From positions 60,330 to 124,329 of the forward strand of contig JAYTHY010000136.1 of assembly GCA_043732185.1 (NCBI GenBank): 64,000 bases of DNA, given 5' to 3'. This DNA comes from Fibrobacteria bacterium. Its GTDB lineage: Bacteria; Fibrobacterota; Fibrobacteria; UBA11236. Positions 41,257 through 52,900 of the stretch are shown here, piece after piece; position 1 is the first letter of the stretch, and each line of letters begins with the position of its first letter. The position numbers and the translations under genes are program-made. The notes below the pieces were generated by a model. It had not been told where the DNA came from. It worked only from the letters and a program-made list of their open reading frames with translations, and made no database searches.

Positions 41257-41505
41257 TTATTTTATGGCGGGAGGAGAAACGTCAGGACAATACAGCACCG
41301 AGTCCTGAATGGAAGCATTCCATCTACGCATACAACCATCCGGAACGCCTGGAGGGTTCGAGCTCGTCTGCTCTCTCATTGGCTTTGGCTCTATTGTAGG
41401 TAGGGGTTCCGGGTTGTTTGTGGTTTCATTTTGCGTTGGGTTGATTATGCACCCAAAAAAAAGTAGCAGGGCTGTCAACATCGCAATAGGCTGTAGCAAC
41501 TTCAT
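41257..41505 (-). CDS. Small putative lipoprotein
   Basis: MKLLQPIAMLTALLLFFGC lipobox-like start, a Pro-rich body and two further cysteines. Confidence 0.6.
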   Translation of the reverse strand: MKLLQPIAMLTALLLFFGCIINPTQNETTNNPEPLPTIEPKPMREQTSSNPPGVPDGCMRRWNASIQDSVLYCPDVSPPAIK

Positions 41506-41654
41506 AGGCTGAGAATACCACACGGTGTTTGAAATATCAAACAGCACCGAAATCATAAAACATCAATATTTTCGCAAAAATCGATTTAATCGTTGGGATT
41601 TCCTCGGATTACCCCGATGCTTGCAAACCGATTATCGGAACGATTACCCCCAAT

Positions 41655-44123
41655 TCACTCCATTGTCTCAAGCAATACAACTACGGAACTTGGATGGACT
41701 CCATAGTCGTCGCCCATGACATCGGCTTTTCCCCCCGGCCAATAATTGCCGAAAGGTTCCGCCCATGTAGCGGTATCGATTAACCGAATCCACCTTCTGC
41801 CATCTGCCGGTCGTGGGATAACAAAGGGTACAGCAACGGAATCCATATTAATGAGCACCAGAAAATCTTCTCCACCGATGCCGCTTCCGTCAATATGCCA
41901 GAAAATTCTGTTTTCTTGTCCTTGTAAATCCTGTATACCATCTTCTTTTTTGAAGATGAAGCTGACATCGCCACCGTGATTCAATTCCAAGTCTGCGAAT
42001 TTATTTTGACGCAGGCAGGCATTGTCTTTGCGCAAGCCTATGACATAGCGTAAAAAAAGAAACAATCCATTTTTTCCTGTGGTACCCGCATCCCGCCCGT
42101 AGTTGTCGTGGTAGGAACCGGAGCCGCCGGTATAGACTGTGTTGGGGGCTGGTGAAGCAATCATGGCGTAGTTTTGCCAAATGCCGATGCTGTCGAGTTT
42201 ATAGGGATTGTTATTTCCGTTTTGAGTGCGTGCGAATTCATCACCTCCGCAAGTCATCGGCACGCCCCGCGAGAAAAATTGCACTACGAAAAAATTCCTC
42301 AGGCGTTGGCGTCTAAGTGATTGATCGCCGCCAGAGTCCCAGGATAGGTTGTCATCGGAGCCACCATCCGATGGTCCAAAAGGCCAGTTGCCTAAATTGT
42401 TTTTCCCATTGTAGCTCACCAAATCCATCAAAGTGAAACCATCATGCGCCGTCAAAAAATTGACGGATTTATGCGGGCCGCCTTGATCGTTAAAATGCGC
42501 ATAATCGCCATTCAGCGATTCGATAAACGCTTTTGCATTGCCATCACCTTTTAAAAAACGCCTTACAGAATCACGGTAGACTCCGTTCCATTCCGCCCAA
42601 CCTTGAGGGAAATCCCCTACATGATATCCACCTAAGTCCCAGGCCTCCGCAATAATTTCAATGCGTTCTTTTTGCGCGAAAGTGGAAATGTCTTTCAATA
42701 AACCCGAGCTGGATTCAAAATCATGATTGGGACCTATCCGCCCTAACACCGTTGCCAAGTCGAAGCGGAAACCATCTACGCCCATGTCCATTGACCAATA
42801 GCGAAGCGAGTCCTTGATCAATTTTTGCACAATGGGTTTGGAAGCGTCAAAGTTGTTGCCGCATCCTGTGCTTTCCCAATAGAAACGATTGTTTCCGGTA
42901 AGCGCGTAATATTCGGCATTGTCAAAGCCTCGGAAAGAAAGAATCTCGGCGGTATCCCCGCTCCCATCCCAAAGGCCCCCTTCACCGGTATGGTTGTAGA
43001 CCACATCCAAATAGACTTCCAATCCTTGTTCGTGAAAAGTGTTGACCATGTTTTTGAACTCTCGCGTAGGCCCACCTGGGGACTTGTCATGGGAATAGCG
43101 CAGGTCTGGAGCGAAAAAACCATAGGTCATATAACCCCAGTAATTTCCGTGGGGTGGCTCATCGAAATTTCGGTCCCATCCTGGAAAGTCTTCCGGATTA
43201 AGGTCATTGGCAAATTCATGCACGGGTAAAAACTCAACCGCCGTGTAGCCCAGGGCCTTCAGATATTTGGCCATATAGGCCGCTCCTGCATAGGTACCTC
43301 GCAGCGCATCGGGAATATCAACAACCGATTCGAATCCCGGTATCCCCCGCAAAATATCACTCAGCCGAGTCACGGATGGATGCCGGGTCAGGCCCTTGAC
43401 ATGGGTTTCGTAAATGATGGCGTCCTGTTGGGCGACGTGAGGTTTTTTTTCAACAGCATCCTGTTTTTGGATTAAAACGGATTTCGGCGCCCAGGGACCA
43501 GTGTCAAACTCCCGTCTCGGAACTTCGGAAAGTCGATTCCCCACTCCGGAATATATACCGGGACCGGAACCATACATTGCCGCATCCTGATGAAAATGAT
43601 TTTTCATATCCGGGGTTTCTCGATCATGGGAGAATTCCCTGGCATAGGGATCGATTAGCAGCTTATTCGGATTAAAGCGATTGCCATTGGCATCTACATC
43701 ACATAAGAATCCGGCTCGACTATTTCCACGCTGCCACAGTGGGTCGAACGTCCAGTTGGGACCCCAACAGCGATACCCATAACAGGTTCCGGCTGGCACA
43801 TTTTCCAAATGAGCGCGCCAAATATCATCCGGGCCTTTGGCCATGGCGTAGTCATACTGGGCTTTTTCACCTAAGGGTTGCGCATACATTTCCAGGATAA
43901 TCAGGGTAGCGTGTTTTGAAAAAACCGAAAAAGTTGCGCTGCGTTTTCCAGCTTCGATTTTAATCTGCGCGCCCAGGCTAAAGTGCGCCTTAGCCCAGTT
44001 GCTAGGGTGCAGAGGAGAAAAAGTGCCTTGAGCTGGATGATTGGATCCCGGGCTACCGGCAATAACGGAAAGAGAATTATCGGAAAGGGAATTAATGGAA
44101 TGGGAAGCAGGTTGTTTTGGCAT
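41655..44123 (-). CDS. Isoamylase / glycogen debranching enzyme (GH13)
   Basis: NRFNPNKLLIDPYA, YETHV, NYWGY, DVVYNHTGEG, DGFRFDLA, IAEAWD and FLTAHDGFTL. Confidence 0.93.
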   Translation of the reverse strand: MPKQPASHSINSLSDNSLSVIAGSPGSNHPAQGTFSPLHPSNWAKAHFSLGAQIKIEAGKRSATFSVFSKHATLIILEMYAQPLGEKAQYDYAMAKGPDDIWRAHLENVPAGTCYGYRCWGPNWTFDPLWQRGNSRAGFLCDVDANGNRFNPNKLLIDPYAREFSHDRETPDMKNHFHQDAAMYGSGPGIYSGVGNRLSEVPRREFDTGPWAPKSVLIQKQDAVEKKPHVAQQDAIIYETHVKGLTRHPSVTRLSDILRGIPGFESVVDIPDALRGTYAGAAYMAKYLKALGYTAVEFLPVHEFANDLNPEDFPGWDRNFDEPPHGNYWGYMTYGFFAPDLRYSHDKSPGGPTREFKNMVNTFHEQGLEVYLDVVYNHTGEGGLWDGSGDTAEILSFRGFDNAEYYALTGNNRFYWESTGCGNNFDASKPIVQKLIKDSLRYWSMDMGVDGFRFDLATVLGRIGPNHDFESSSGLLKDISTFAQKERIEIIAEAWDLGGYHVGDFPQGWAEWNGVYRDSVRRFLKGDGNAKAFIESLNGDYAHFNDQGGPHKSVNFLTAHDGFTLMDLVSYNGKNNLGNWPFGPSDGGSDDNLSWDSGGDQSLRRQRLRNFFVVQFFSRGVPMTCGGDEFARTQNGNNNPYKLDSIGIWQNYAMIASPAPNTVYTGGSGSYHDNYGRDAGTTGKNGLFLFLRYVIGLRKDNACLRQNKFADLELNHGGDVSFIFKKEDGIQDLQGQENRIFWHIDGSGIGGEDFLVLINMDSVAVPFVIPRPADGRRWIRLIDTATWAEPFGNYWPGGKADVMGDDYGVHPSSVVVLLETME

Positions 44124-44146
44124 TTACCAATGGTAACCTCTGAGGA

Positions 44147-44860
44147 TTAAGGTTGGTAGGCTAGTAATCTTACCATGCGTTCGGACCGTCCTTCTAAATC
44201 CATGGAAGTTGGATAGATTTCTTCCCACAAAATATCGACCTCGGTTTTTGGAGCAAAGGGTCGGGAACTGTCCGCAATGAGGACCAGGCTACCATTTTTC
44301 CTGGCTAAACTCAACCACTGTAACATTGCCGCTGAAACGGTGCGATCATAGAATAGATCGCTGACCAGAATCACTTCGGCGGAGTGGGGTGGTGCAAGCT
44401 GCAAAAGATTTCCGTTTTCCACTGTCAAGTGGAGGTTATTTGCAATCGCATTGCGAAAAGAAATGTCCAACGCTATTGGATCGATATCATTTGCCGTTAC
44501 GGTTAGGGCGCCTGCATTTAGCGCTGCCAAGCTGGCAATGCCTCCACCACAGCCTAAATCCAACACCCTCTTATTTTTAACCAATCCAGGAGTGGCCAAT
44601 AAAAATTTACTCAAAAGCAGTGCGGCAGGCCAAACTGTAGCCCAATATGGCACGTCCTGTTTGACTCCGCTTTCCCGCTCCCAGGCCATCCAAAGGGCGA
44701 ATACGTCCTCAGCCTGATGGGCCACCATGGCCGGGCATCCCGGAACCGGGGTCAGGGGTGCCAAAGTGGTTAAAAGCGCCGTAGATGGTGAATGCGCGAA
44801 AAATTGCAACCGGGACTCCGTTTTGGGGTGCTCCCAAACCGGAAGTAATCCGGCTGACAA
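44147..44860 (-). CDS. Class I SAM-dependent methyltransferase (PrmA / lysine methyltransferase-like)
   Basis: PYWATVWPA, VLDLGCGGG, NDID and SDLFYD. Confidence 0.88.
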   Translation of the reverse strand: MSAGLLPVWEHPKTESRLQFFAHSPSTALLTTLAPLTPVPGCPAMVAHQAEDVFALWMAWERESGVKQDVPYWATVWPAALLLSKFLLATPGLVKNKRVLDLGCGGGIASLAALNAGALTVTANDIDPIALDISFRNAIANNLHLTVENGNLLQLAPPHSAEVILVSDLFYDRTVSAAMLQWLSLARKNGSLVLIADSSRPFAPKTEVDILWEEIYPTSMDLEGRSERMVRLLAYQP

Positions 44861-44933
44861 TATAACTCATCCAGGCCTAACTATATTTGTCTCGTCGGCG
44901 GGTTTCTGCGGACCACGTAATTAGGTAGAACGC

Positions 44934-47504
44934 ATGGAAATCAGTACGGCACTCAAACACGATTACACCTCCTGGTACGCCCTAAATTATCCCAAACTGA
45001 GCGGACATGGCCTTTGGCTGCGGGGTGGGGAATGGAATACCTTGCCTGCCGTGGAGTGGGAGCGACGCTCGACCAAGGTGATGGTGGCCCGCCTTTCCAC
45101 TTACCTGGACACATCCGAGTCCTTCACGCATCCATTGTTGTATCAAGTATTGGCGGATCTACCGGATATTTTTCCCGATATGGCATTTCTTCCCCCTCCG
45201 AAGGATGCAGAGGTCATGACAAAAAACCAGGTTCCCTGGTTGTTGGGAACGCAGTCGAAACGGGGAGTCTTGGCCTTTGACGTGGTGGCATTCAGTAATG
45301 CCATTGTACAAGAGCTGGTCAATCTGCCGTCACTATTGATTCATAGTGGAATACCCATGGCCTTGAAGGATAGGCTCGATCGGCAGGATATCCCTTTGCT
45401 GCTTCTGGGCGGGGCCAATGCCTATCATGCTTCCCTGCTGGATCACGACGATTCCCCTGTGGATGGAATTTTTACCGGCGAGCAAATCGAAGACATCCAA
45501 ATTTTGATGAACCTTTGCGCCAAGGCCAAGCAATTGGGCACGCCTAAGCGCGAATTGTTGGATCAGCTTTTGACTGTACCTGGTTTTGCACAACCTGGTA
45601 AAGCAAATCGTAGTCGCAAACGGAATAATGAAACCCTGGACTTGCGCAAAGTAGGCGCCGCCCGACCTGTGATTTATAAACTCGAAGGGTTAGGCAAGGA
45701 ACCGGTGGCCATTAGTCGCGGTTGTCCGGCATTTTGTTCCTTCTGTGCGGAAAGTTTTGACACCAAGCCTTACCGGGAAAACCCGATGGATGCGGTGGTG
45801 ACCAATGCCTTGAAGCTCAAGCGGGACATGGGTCTCGAAGGCATCGATTTGTTCAGCTTCAATTTCAATTTCTATCAGGATCTCTATCCATTGTTGGAAA
45901 AACTTTCGCCGCATTTCAGTGCCATCGGGCTCAAAAGCCAACGCTTTGACATGATAGCCCGTGACCCAGCCATTCTCGATTATTTGCGAGCCGTGGAAAA
46001 AGGAAGTTTGACTTTCGGAATGGAAGGCATTTCCCAACGCCTGCGCAGGTACTTGCAAAAAGGGTTGGATGAACCGGATTTGTGGAAGGCTTTAACGGCC
46101 GTGTTGAAACGGCCCTTGCGGGAGCTCAAGGTCTTTTTGATATGCACAGGCCTAGAAGCGGAAGAGGATTATGTCGAGTTTGCGGATTTTGTAAAACGCA
46201 TGCCGGATGTGATGCGTCAATCCGGTGGGACGCCGCGCGTGGTTTTTAGCGCCACACCGCTAGTGCGCTTTCCTTGGACGCCGTTGGAATTTGCTCCAGC
46301 CTTTACTCCGGAAGTCTATTCCAAAGTTGCCAGGAGAATCGGACACATTGCCCGAGCAGCTGGGTTTGAGTATCGTGGTGCCGCAGATGAAGCCGAGAAT
46401 TATGTCTCACAAGTTTTAGTACGCGCGGACAGACCCGCTTATTGGGCCGCGCTGCAAGCGGCCGTAGCGGAAACAGGTTTCCGTTATTTTAGGCAGATGG
46501 ATACGCATTTCATGAATGTCCTCCGTCGAAAATTATCCGATTTGGGAATTGACGATGAACAATCCCTAGGTGGATTTGATTTGGAAGCCAGCCGCAGCAA
46601 ACCCTGGACACGCTGGGAAACGGGAGTACGCCGCGAATTTTTGCATGTGCAGTATAAACGCGCCAGGCGCTTTGTGGATCCGGGTTATTGCCTGGGCACA
46701 ACGGAAGAGGAAGCGTCCTGCTTGGCCTGTACGGCTTGTGAAACCAAAGAAGAGATGGATTTCCTGACGGATAAGCGCAACAAGCATGTTCCCGATTCCA
46801 TTGGATTCGACAGCCGCAGGAAAATTTTCAGACACTCCGCGCAGCCAATCAGTTTGGGTGTGTGTTGGACAGAAAAAGTAATTGGACTTCCGAGGAAATA
46901 TCCCGCCCTGGTTTTAGCCAGTGCGCTGATGCGCGCCGACAAGGCGTTGACGCCCTATTTCTGGCGCTTCCGGGAAACCTGGGCACAAACCGGTAAGGAG
47001 ATATGTTGGTCAGCGGGCGAAGAAGGCGTGCTACTCGATTGGCTGCCCGAAGGATTGGCCTTGCTCCGTGAGCGGTTGACGGATGAAAACTTTCTCGGCG
47101 ACACCAATGCCGTCTTAGCGGAATGGGGCCAAGTCCTGGGTGAATATCCCTTAGTCAAACCTGCGGAATGGATGAGCGTCTATCAATTTGCCTCGCCCTA
47201 TCCCTTAAATCTGGATGTGTATGCTAAGGCGCATGGCCTGCGCTACACGCTGAGAAAAAATGCCGGACGGGTGACCTGCGATTGGAGCAAGGATTCGCTG
47301 AAGAAGCGGCTATTAACGGCCTTGACTGCGGAAGAGGTTTCCACTCCAACCGGTAATGAATGGATAGTGCGTGTAGACGCAGCCGTAAAATTCAATCCGG
47401 AAGAATTTTTGCGCGAAGCTTTTCGCATACCAACTGCGCAGGATTGGGTGCGGGTACGCGTCACCCAATCCATCCAATCTCCCGTGACCAGCCAGACTGG
47501 CTAG
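44934..47504 (+). CDS. Radical SAM protein (TIGR03960-like) with a long C-terminal extension
   Basis: SRGCPAFCSFC (CxxxCxxC), FDVVAFS, LLGG, GSLTFGMEG.SQRLR, and a C-terminal YC..SCLACTAC cluster. Confidence 0.85.
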   Translation: MEISTALKHDYTSWYALNYPKLSGHGLWLRGGEWNTLPAVEWERRSTKVMVARLSTYLDTSESFTHPLLYQVLADLPDIFPDMAFLPPPKDAEVMTKNQVPWLLGTQSKRGVLAFDVVAFSNAIVQELVNLPSLLIHSGIPMALKDRLDRQDIPLLLLGGANAYHASLLDHDDSPVDGIFTGEQIEDIQILMNLCAKAKQLGTPKRELLDQLLTVPGFAQPGKANRSRKRNNETLDLRKVGAARPVIYKLEGLGKEPVAISRGCPAFCSFCAESFDTKPYRENPMDAVVTNALKLKRDMGLEGIDLFSFNFNFYQDLYPLLEKLSPHFSAIGLKSQRFDMIARDPAILDYLRAVEKGSLTFGMEGISQRLRRYLQKGLDEPDLWKALTAVLKRPLRELKVFLICTGLEAEEDYVEFADFVKRMPDVMRQSGGTPRVVFSATPLVRFPWTPLEFAPAFTPEVYSKVARRIGHIARAAGFEYRGAADEAENYVSQVLVRADRPAYWAALQAAVAETGFRYFRQMDTHFMNVLRRKLSDLGIDDEQSLGGFDLEASRSKPWTRWETGVRREFLHVQYKRARRFVDPGYCLGTTEEEASCLACTACETKEEMDFLTDKRNKHVPDSIGFDSRRKIFRHSAQPISLGVCWTEKVIGLPRKYPALVLASALMRADKALTPYFWRFRETWAQTGKEICWSAGEEGVLLDWLPEGLALLRERLTDENFLGDTNAVLAEWGQVLGEYPLVKPAEWMSVYQFASPYPLNLDVYAKAHGLRYTLRKNAGRVTCDWSKDSLKKRLLTALTAEEVSTPTGNEWIVRVDAAVKFNPEEFLREAFRIPTAQDWVRVRVTQSIQSPVTSQTG

Positions 47505-47513
47505 GCCCTCCCA

Positions 47514-48368
47514 TTACACATCCAATAAAGTGACGGCTTCCTGCAGACCCTGCATCACATCACGTGTGGCGATGTATTCCAATCCCACATAACCTTTATA
47601 ACCGCTGTCTACAAATGCCCGCATGACGGCCGGATAGTTTACTTCTTGGGTAGCATCCATTTCACCGCGACCGGGGTTTCCAGCCACCTGTACATGGCCG
47701 ATCAGGTCCACGCAAGAGCGTATGCGCCGGATAATATCGCCGTCCATAATTTGCACATGGTAGACATCAAAGAGCAACTTTAGAGCCGGTGAGCCGACCT
47801 TATTTACGATTTCAATGCAATAGTCCAAATGATCGCCCTGATATCCCGGATGACCTTTCATATCGGCCCCATCACGCGTGTTCAAAGGCTCAATGCAGAT
47901 GACGCAATTCTTCTTTTCGGCCTGCCCGACGATTTTCTTATACCCTTCCACACAATTTTTCATGCCCTGTTCGGGGCTGACATAGCTGCCCTTTTCCGCG
48001 CCCGTGGTATCCGCGAATCCGGTAAAGGTGATGAGATTGTTAAAACCGAACTCGGCATTGGCGTCAATGGATTGGCGCATGAGTGTCAGGCATTCATCCC
48101 AGTGTAGGGGATTGTTCATACCGCGAATAAACATATGCGACGTGGTCAAGGCAGAAACCAGGCCATACTTTTTTAACGTTGGGAAATCTTCCGGGCTCAC
48201 CACTTCAATGGCTGGCACGCGAAGTTCATTCGCCACTTGGCATATTTTTTCCAATGACCATTTATCACCCAAATCGTGCAAACACCATTTGGTCAGCGCC
48301 TGATTGATACGACCCTTGACCACTTTTCCAAAATCTTTTTCACTCACAGTATTTTCCTGTTTGGACAT
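47514..48368 (-). CDS. hyi: Hydroxypyruvate isomerase / xylose-isomerase-like TIM barrel
   Basis: IEPLN, LLFDVYHVQIMDGD, HVQVAGNPGRGE and YVGLEY. ATG at 48368 with a GGAG Shine-Dalgarno. Confidence 0.82.
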   Translation of the reverse strand: MSKQENTVSEKDFGKVVKGRINQALTKWCLHDLGDKWSLEKICQVANELRVPAIEVVSPEDFPTLKKYGLVSALTTSHMFIRGMNNPLHWDECLTLMRQSIDANAEFGFNNLITFTGFADTTGAEKGSYVSPEQGMKNCVEGYKKIVGQAEKKNCVICIEPLNTRDGADMKGHPGYQGDHLDYCIEIVNKVGSPALKLLFDVYHVQIMDGDIIRRIRSCVDLIGHVQVAGNPGRGEMDATQEVNYPAVMRAFVDSGYKGYVGLEYIATRDVMQGLQEAVTLLDV

Positions 48369-48499
48369 TGTTTCTCCGTTATGCATTCCCTTTCCCAAAT
48401 ATATTTATCTTTCTAAAAAATTCCCCACAAAAGGTGAAAAACGGCATGATACTTCTCGTTGTCCGAGTGTAAATTTATGCTGGAGAGGAATTCAGCCCT

Positions 48500-49255
48500 A
48501 TGCTGCCCGTAATCCCAGACGCAGAAAAAAAAAGAACCCAGTTCCTGACTGAAATCGGTTCGAATTCGCATTTTAATTGCCTTTTTGACCATATTCCCGG
48601 CATTCTTTTCTTTGTGAAGAATAGCGATGGGCATATTTTGTTCGCCAACTTAGGGCTGGTACAGCTGTATGGATTTGAGAGCGAAAAGGATTTTATCGGC
48701 AGAACCGATTTTGAACTTTTACCACGCCGACTCGCGGAAAAATTTCGCAATGACGACCTAAAAATCCTCGGCACCGGCAAGCCACTCTTAGGAATGGTGG
48801 AGCTCTTTTTAAACTCACAAGGCATACCCGAATGGTATCTCACCAATAAGCTGCCCATCTTGTCCAATACGGGCCGTCCAATCGGTGTGATGGGAACGAT
48901 ACAAGAATACCGGGGCCCCGATCCGCGCAGTGAACCGCTGGTGAGTATCGGACCCGCTGTCGAGTATCTAAAAACGAATTACAAGGAGAATGTTCCCGTG
49001 GCCTTCTTAGCCGGTCTCACGGATCTCTCCTTGCGCCAATTCGAACGCAAGTTCAAGATCGCCTTCAATACCACGCCGCATCAGTACATCATAAAAATGC
49101 GCATCCACCAAGCCTGTGATTTGCTTCGGGCTCGCAACTTGCCAATTTCGGATATTGCCTCCGACTTGGGCTTTACGGACCAGAGCGCTTTTGCAACGCA
49201 TTTCAAAAAGAACATGGGGTTTTCGCCGTTGCAGTACCGGAATCGGTTTTTGTAG
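48500..49255 (+). CDS. PAS-domain AraC family regulator, divergent from hyi
   Basis: PAS (LFDHIPGILFFVKN..IGRTD) and AraC HTH (ISDIA..LGFTDQSAF). Confidence 0.92.
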   Translation: MLPVIPDAEKKRTQFLTEIGSNSHFNCLFDHIPGILFFVKNSDGHILFANLGLVQLYGFESEKDFIGRTDFELLPRRLAEKFRNDDLKILGTGKPLLGMVELFLNSQGIPEWYLTNKLPILSNTGRPIGVMGTIQEYRGPDPRSEPLVSIGPAVEYLKTNYKENVPVAFLAGLTDLSLRQFERKFKIAFNTTPHQYIIKMRIHQACDLLRARNLPISDIASDLGFTDQSAFATHFKKNMGFSPLQYRNRFL

Positions 49256-49299
49256 GCTTTCACACCTGACAATTCTTTTCAAACCAAAGACAATTCTTT

Positions 49300-49995
49300 T
49301 TAAGCCAAAAGCCTCTCCAACTTCATTTTCCATTTTTCCCAATCCCGCATTGTCTTGGATTGCAGTTCGATGAATTTTTGGGTGTGATCGTGATGGATGA
49401 GGTGGCAGAGTTCGTGGATGATGACATATTCAATGCAGCCTTTTGGTGCTTTGACGAGTTCTGGGTTAAGAATGATTTTTCCCTTGGCGGTACAGCTCCC
49501 CCAACGCGTTGGCATCTCTTGAAGGGTAAACCTCGGTGGATTCAGCTTAAACTTGGCAAAGCGCTTCAGCAGCGGTTTGGAAATTTCTAGGAATTTTTCT
49601 TCGGCCTTTTGTCGATACCATTTTCTGAGTAAGGCACCCGCATTAGACTTTTCGTGGGTAGTGATTTGGAGAATTCGCCCTATCCTTTTGACTTGATCTG
49701 GAGTACCGACTTTAATTTTGAGCATGTACTGTCGGCCTAAGAATAAGTGCGTCTCGCCGCTGACATATTTTCTTCTTGGCGTTTTGGGATGATAGGTTAG
49801 AAAAAAGCTTTGCTGTTTTAGAATCCAAGCGGCTTTACTTTTGACCTTCGCTTTCACCTTTTCCAATGTAGAGTCGAGTGGCGCGATGACCCTTACATTC
49901 ATGTCGGGAGTGATGGTGATGCCTAAGGTCTTCCGGGGAGAAAAGCTTAGATGGAAGGAAATTTTCTTTGAGCCAAATTGAATGGACTCCATCAT
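49300..49995 (-). CDS. YgjP/DUF45 M48-family metallopeptidase-like protein
   Basis: YVSGETH.FLG, RWGSC and IEYVIIHELCH..H..KF. Coupled to hsdR by an ATGA overlap. Confidence 0.92.
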   Translation of the reverse strand: MMESIQFGSKKISFHLSFSPRKTLGITITPDMNVRVIAPLDSTLEKVKAKVKSKAAWILKQQSFFLTYHPKTPRRKYVSGETHLFLGRQYMLKIKVGTPDQVKRIGRILQITTHEKSNAGALLRKWYRQKAEEKFLEISKPLLKRFAKFKLNPPRFTLQEMPTRWGSCTAKGKIILNPELVKAPKGCIEYVIIHELCHLIHHDHTQKFIELQSKTMRDWEKWKMKLERLLA

Positions 49996-52900
49996 TGCTT
50001 ATATCTTATTTTTGCCACCTCGACGATTCGCTCCGCAATGGCATCGATTTCTTCGAAACTGAGGGTAATGGCATATTTATCGCGAACCTCATCAATCAGA
50101 TAATCGCCGATAAGGTGGATCATCTTTTTTTGGATATCGATATTACTGGGCGAATGCCAGTCGACTTTTATGAACTTTTGAATGATAGCATCGGTCATTA
50201 TGGCGATGTCGGCGGAAACACTTTTCAATGTTTCTTCCGACGTGAATTTGAGGCTCAAGCCATCCCGAGCAATGCCGTAAAAAGCCTTGGCTACATCCCT
50301 TTCCTTAAGTGACTCGGGTATATCCGAATCCGATTTCGAGAGCACGCTTTCCATGATGCTTTTGGCCTTGGCTAAATACTGCGATTCCGTGAGGCGGGCA
50401 TCTTCGTAAGCCTTAATGGTGTCTTTCAGCATGGTGGAAAACTTCTTGTAGAAAGCCGGATCTTCGTCCATCTTCACACTAATATGCTTGGCCGTTCTTG
50501 AGGCAATTTTATCGGCTTTTGCTGCCTCCCCTTCGGTTTTTTCCACTTCCCGTTGGAACTCCGTTTTGTCGAATATATTGACCAAGGCCGTGATGGGTTT
50601 AACCTCATCGGTTTGGACATGGGTATCAATAAGCTTTTGGATCTGCCCTTCATATTGCTTATAGTCGATGGCATCGGAAAACCGCAGGACCACGGCACTT
50701 CGCAATTTTATGAAAAAGGCCAAGTCATCGGTGTAGCGATTAATGGCTTTTTCATCGTGGTCTTTATGGAACTGAATTGAGGAAAGCGCGAGCTTTAAAA
50801 TTCGTGCGAAGGCGGCCAATTTATCGTAGAACTCCACGCGAACGGCTTCATCCCTTAGAAATTGTTGGTAGGCTTCGGCATCCCGCTTGTTCTTCACCGT
50901 TTTAAAGACATCCCAGAGTTCGGAATGCTTTTGGGGTAGCTTTTTGATTTCATCGATAATACTGGTCAAGGTGCATTCCAGATCGGATTCGTCGAATTCC
51001 TCAAAGGAGGAATACAATTCCAAGGCATCATCCAAGGCACCGAGTACGCCATAGTAATCGATGATATATCCGAAATCCTTATCTGGAAAAATGCGGTTCA
51101 CACGGGCAATGGCCTGCAAGAGCGAATGGCCTTGCAACTTACGCGTTAGGTACAAAACCGTATTTTTCGGCTCGTCAAATCCAGTCAGGAGCTTGTCTAC
51201 TACAATGATGATTTCCGGATGCGGCTGGTTCTTGAATCGGTTGATGATATTCTTGTCGTAACTTTTGGGGTTACCATGCTCATCCATCATTTTTTTCCAG
51301 AAGGCTTTCACCTTATCTGGCGTTTCCCCAAAGGCGCTGTCCTCGCCTTCTCGCTCGTCTGGGGGTGAGATAACCACATCGGAAGTGATGATTCCAATTT
51401 CATCCAAAAAGTGTTTGTACTTGATGGCTGCTTCTTTAGTCTGGGTAACCAATTGGCCTTTGAAAGGCGTACGGCCTTGAAAATTATCCCGGAAATGTTG
51501 GCTGATGTCCCAGCAAATGGCATAGATTTTTTGTTCGGCAATATTCAGCTGATCGGCTCGACTGAATTTCTTTTTTAGATCCGCTTTGAGGTAATCGGGC
51601 AATGGCTCGGAAACTAAGCTGAAATAATTGTCGATGGGTTTTTCGTTGACGTACTGATAGGCATGGCGGCCTTCATAAAGCAACGGCACCACGGCTTTGT
51701 CTTTAACTGCCTTATCCACGGTATAATCGTCAATTACTTTTCCAAATTTACTAAGGGTGCTTTTATCTTTTTTGAATAGGGGCGTTCCCGTGAAAGCAAT
51801 AAAGCAGGCATTGGGCATGCTTTTCTGCATTTCAATATTAAAGGTGCCATGTTGGGTACGATGGCCTTCATCCACTAAAACGAAAATATTAGGGCTCTCC
51901 AATATTTCCATTTTTCTCACCGCTGTTTCAAACTTATTGATGACGGTAGTGACCACGGCATCGCTTTTACTTTGTAAGAGGTCTACCAAACGTTGACCGG
52001 TGGAAGCATTTTCCACCACCATGCCGCATTTGCGAAAGGTGCCGGTGATTTGCACGTCCAGGTCGGTCCGATCCGTGACCAAAACGATTTTCGGATTGAG
52101 AATATCATTATGAATCGCAATTGCTTGGGCCAAGAGAACCATGGTGAGAGACTTGCCACTACCCTGCGTATGCCAAATAACTCCGCCTTTACGCTTTCCG
52201 CCCTCTAACTTAAGAAGTTGGGTCATGGCCTTTTTAACCGCAAAGAACTGCTGATAACGAGCGACCTTTTTTTCGCCATCATCAAACAACACAAAGTTAT
52301 GGGTAAAATCCAGCAAGCGCTCGGGCCTGCATAAGCCTTGCAGGTATTCATCTTGAACGGTTGATAATATCGGTGCCTGCTCTAATGCATCGAAATATCC
52401 GCGGGCATATTTAAAGTGATCGCCAAAGAGGGCCTGTTTTTGCGCCGCATCTAAGGGCGCGTTGATGAGTGCCGTGAGTTGCTTGCGACTATCCTTTTCT
52501 GCCTCGCTACTGCTAAATTTTTCTTCCCAATGAGCCCAATATTCGCCCTTGGTGCCCGCAGTCGCATAACGGGCTTGATTGCCTGCAAGGCCTACGACCA
52601 ACTGGGCATAGGCATAAAGGTTTCGGATGCCATCCTCTTGCTGATTGCGTAAATGTTGGGATACGGCTTGGTTCAGAGAATCTTTGATATCGGGCCTTTT
52701 GCATTCAAGAATGCAAAGCGGGATGCCGTTCACGAATAAAACAATATCCGGCCGATAATGCTCTTTGCTGGTGCTGCGCATCACGGCATATTCATCGGTT
52801 ACGTGGTAAAGATTATTGCCCAGGTCTTGCCAGTCGATATACTGGAGGGTGAAACTCTTTTTATCCCCGTCGACATTTTGCTCCAAGGCCTTGCCCAAGG

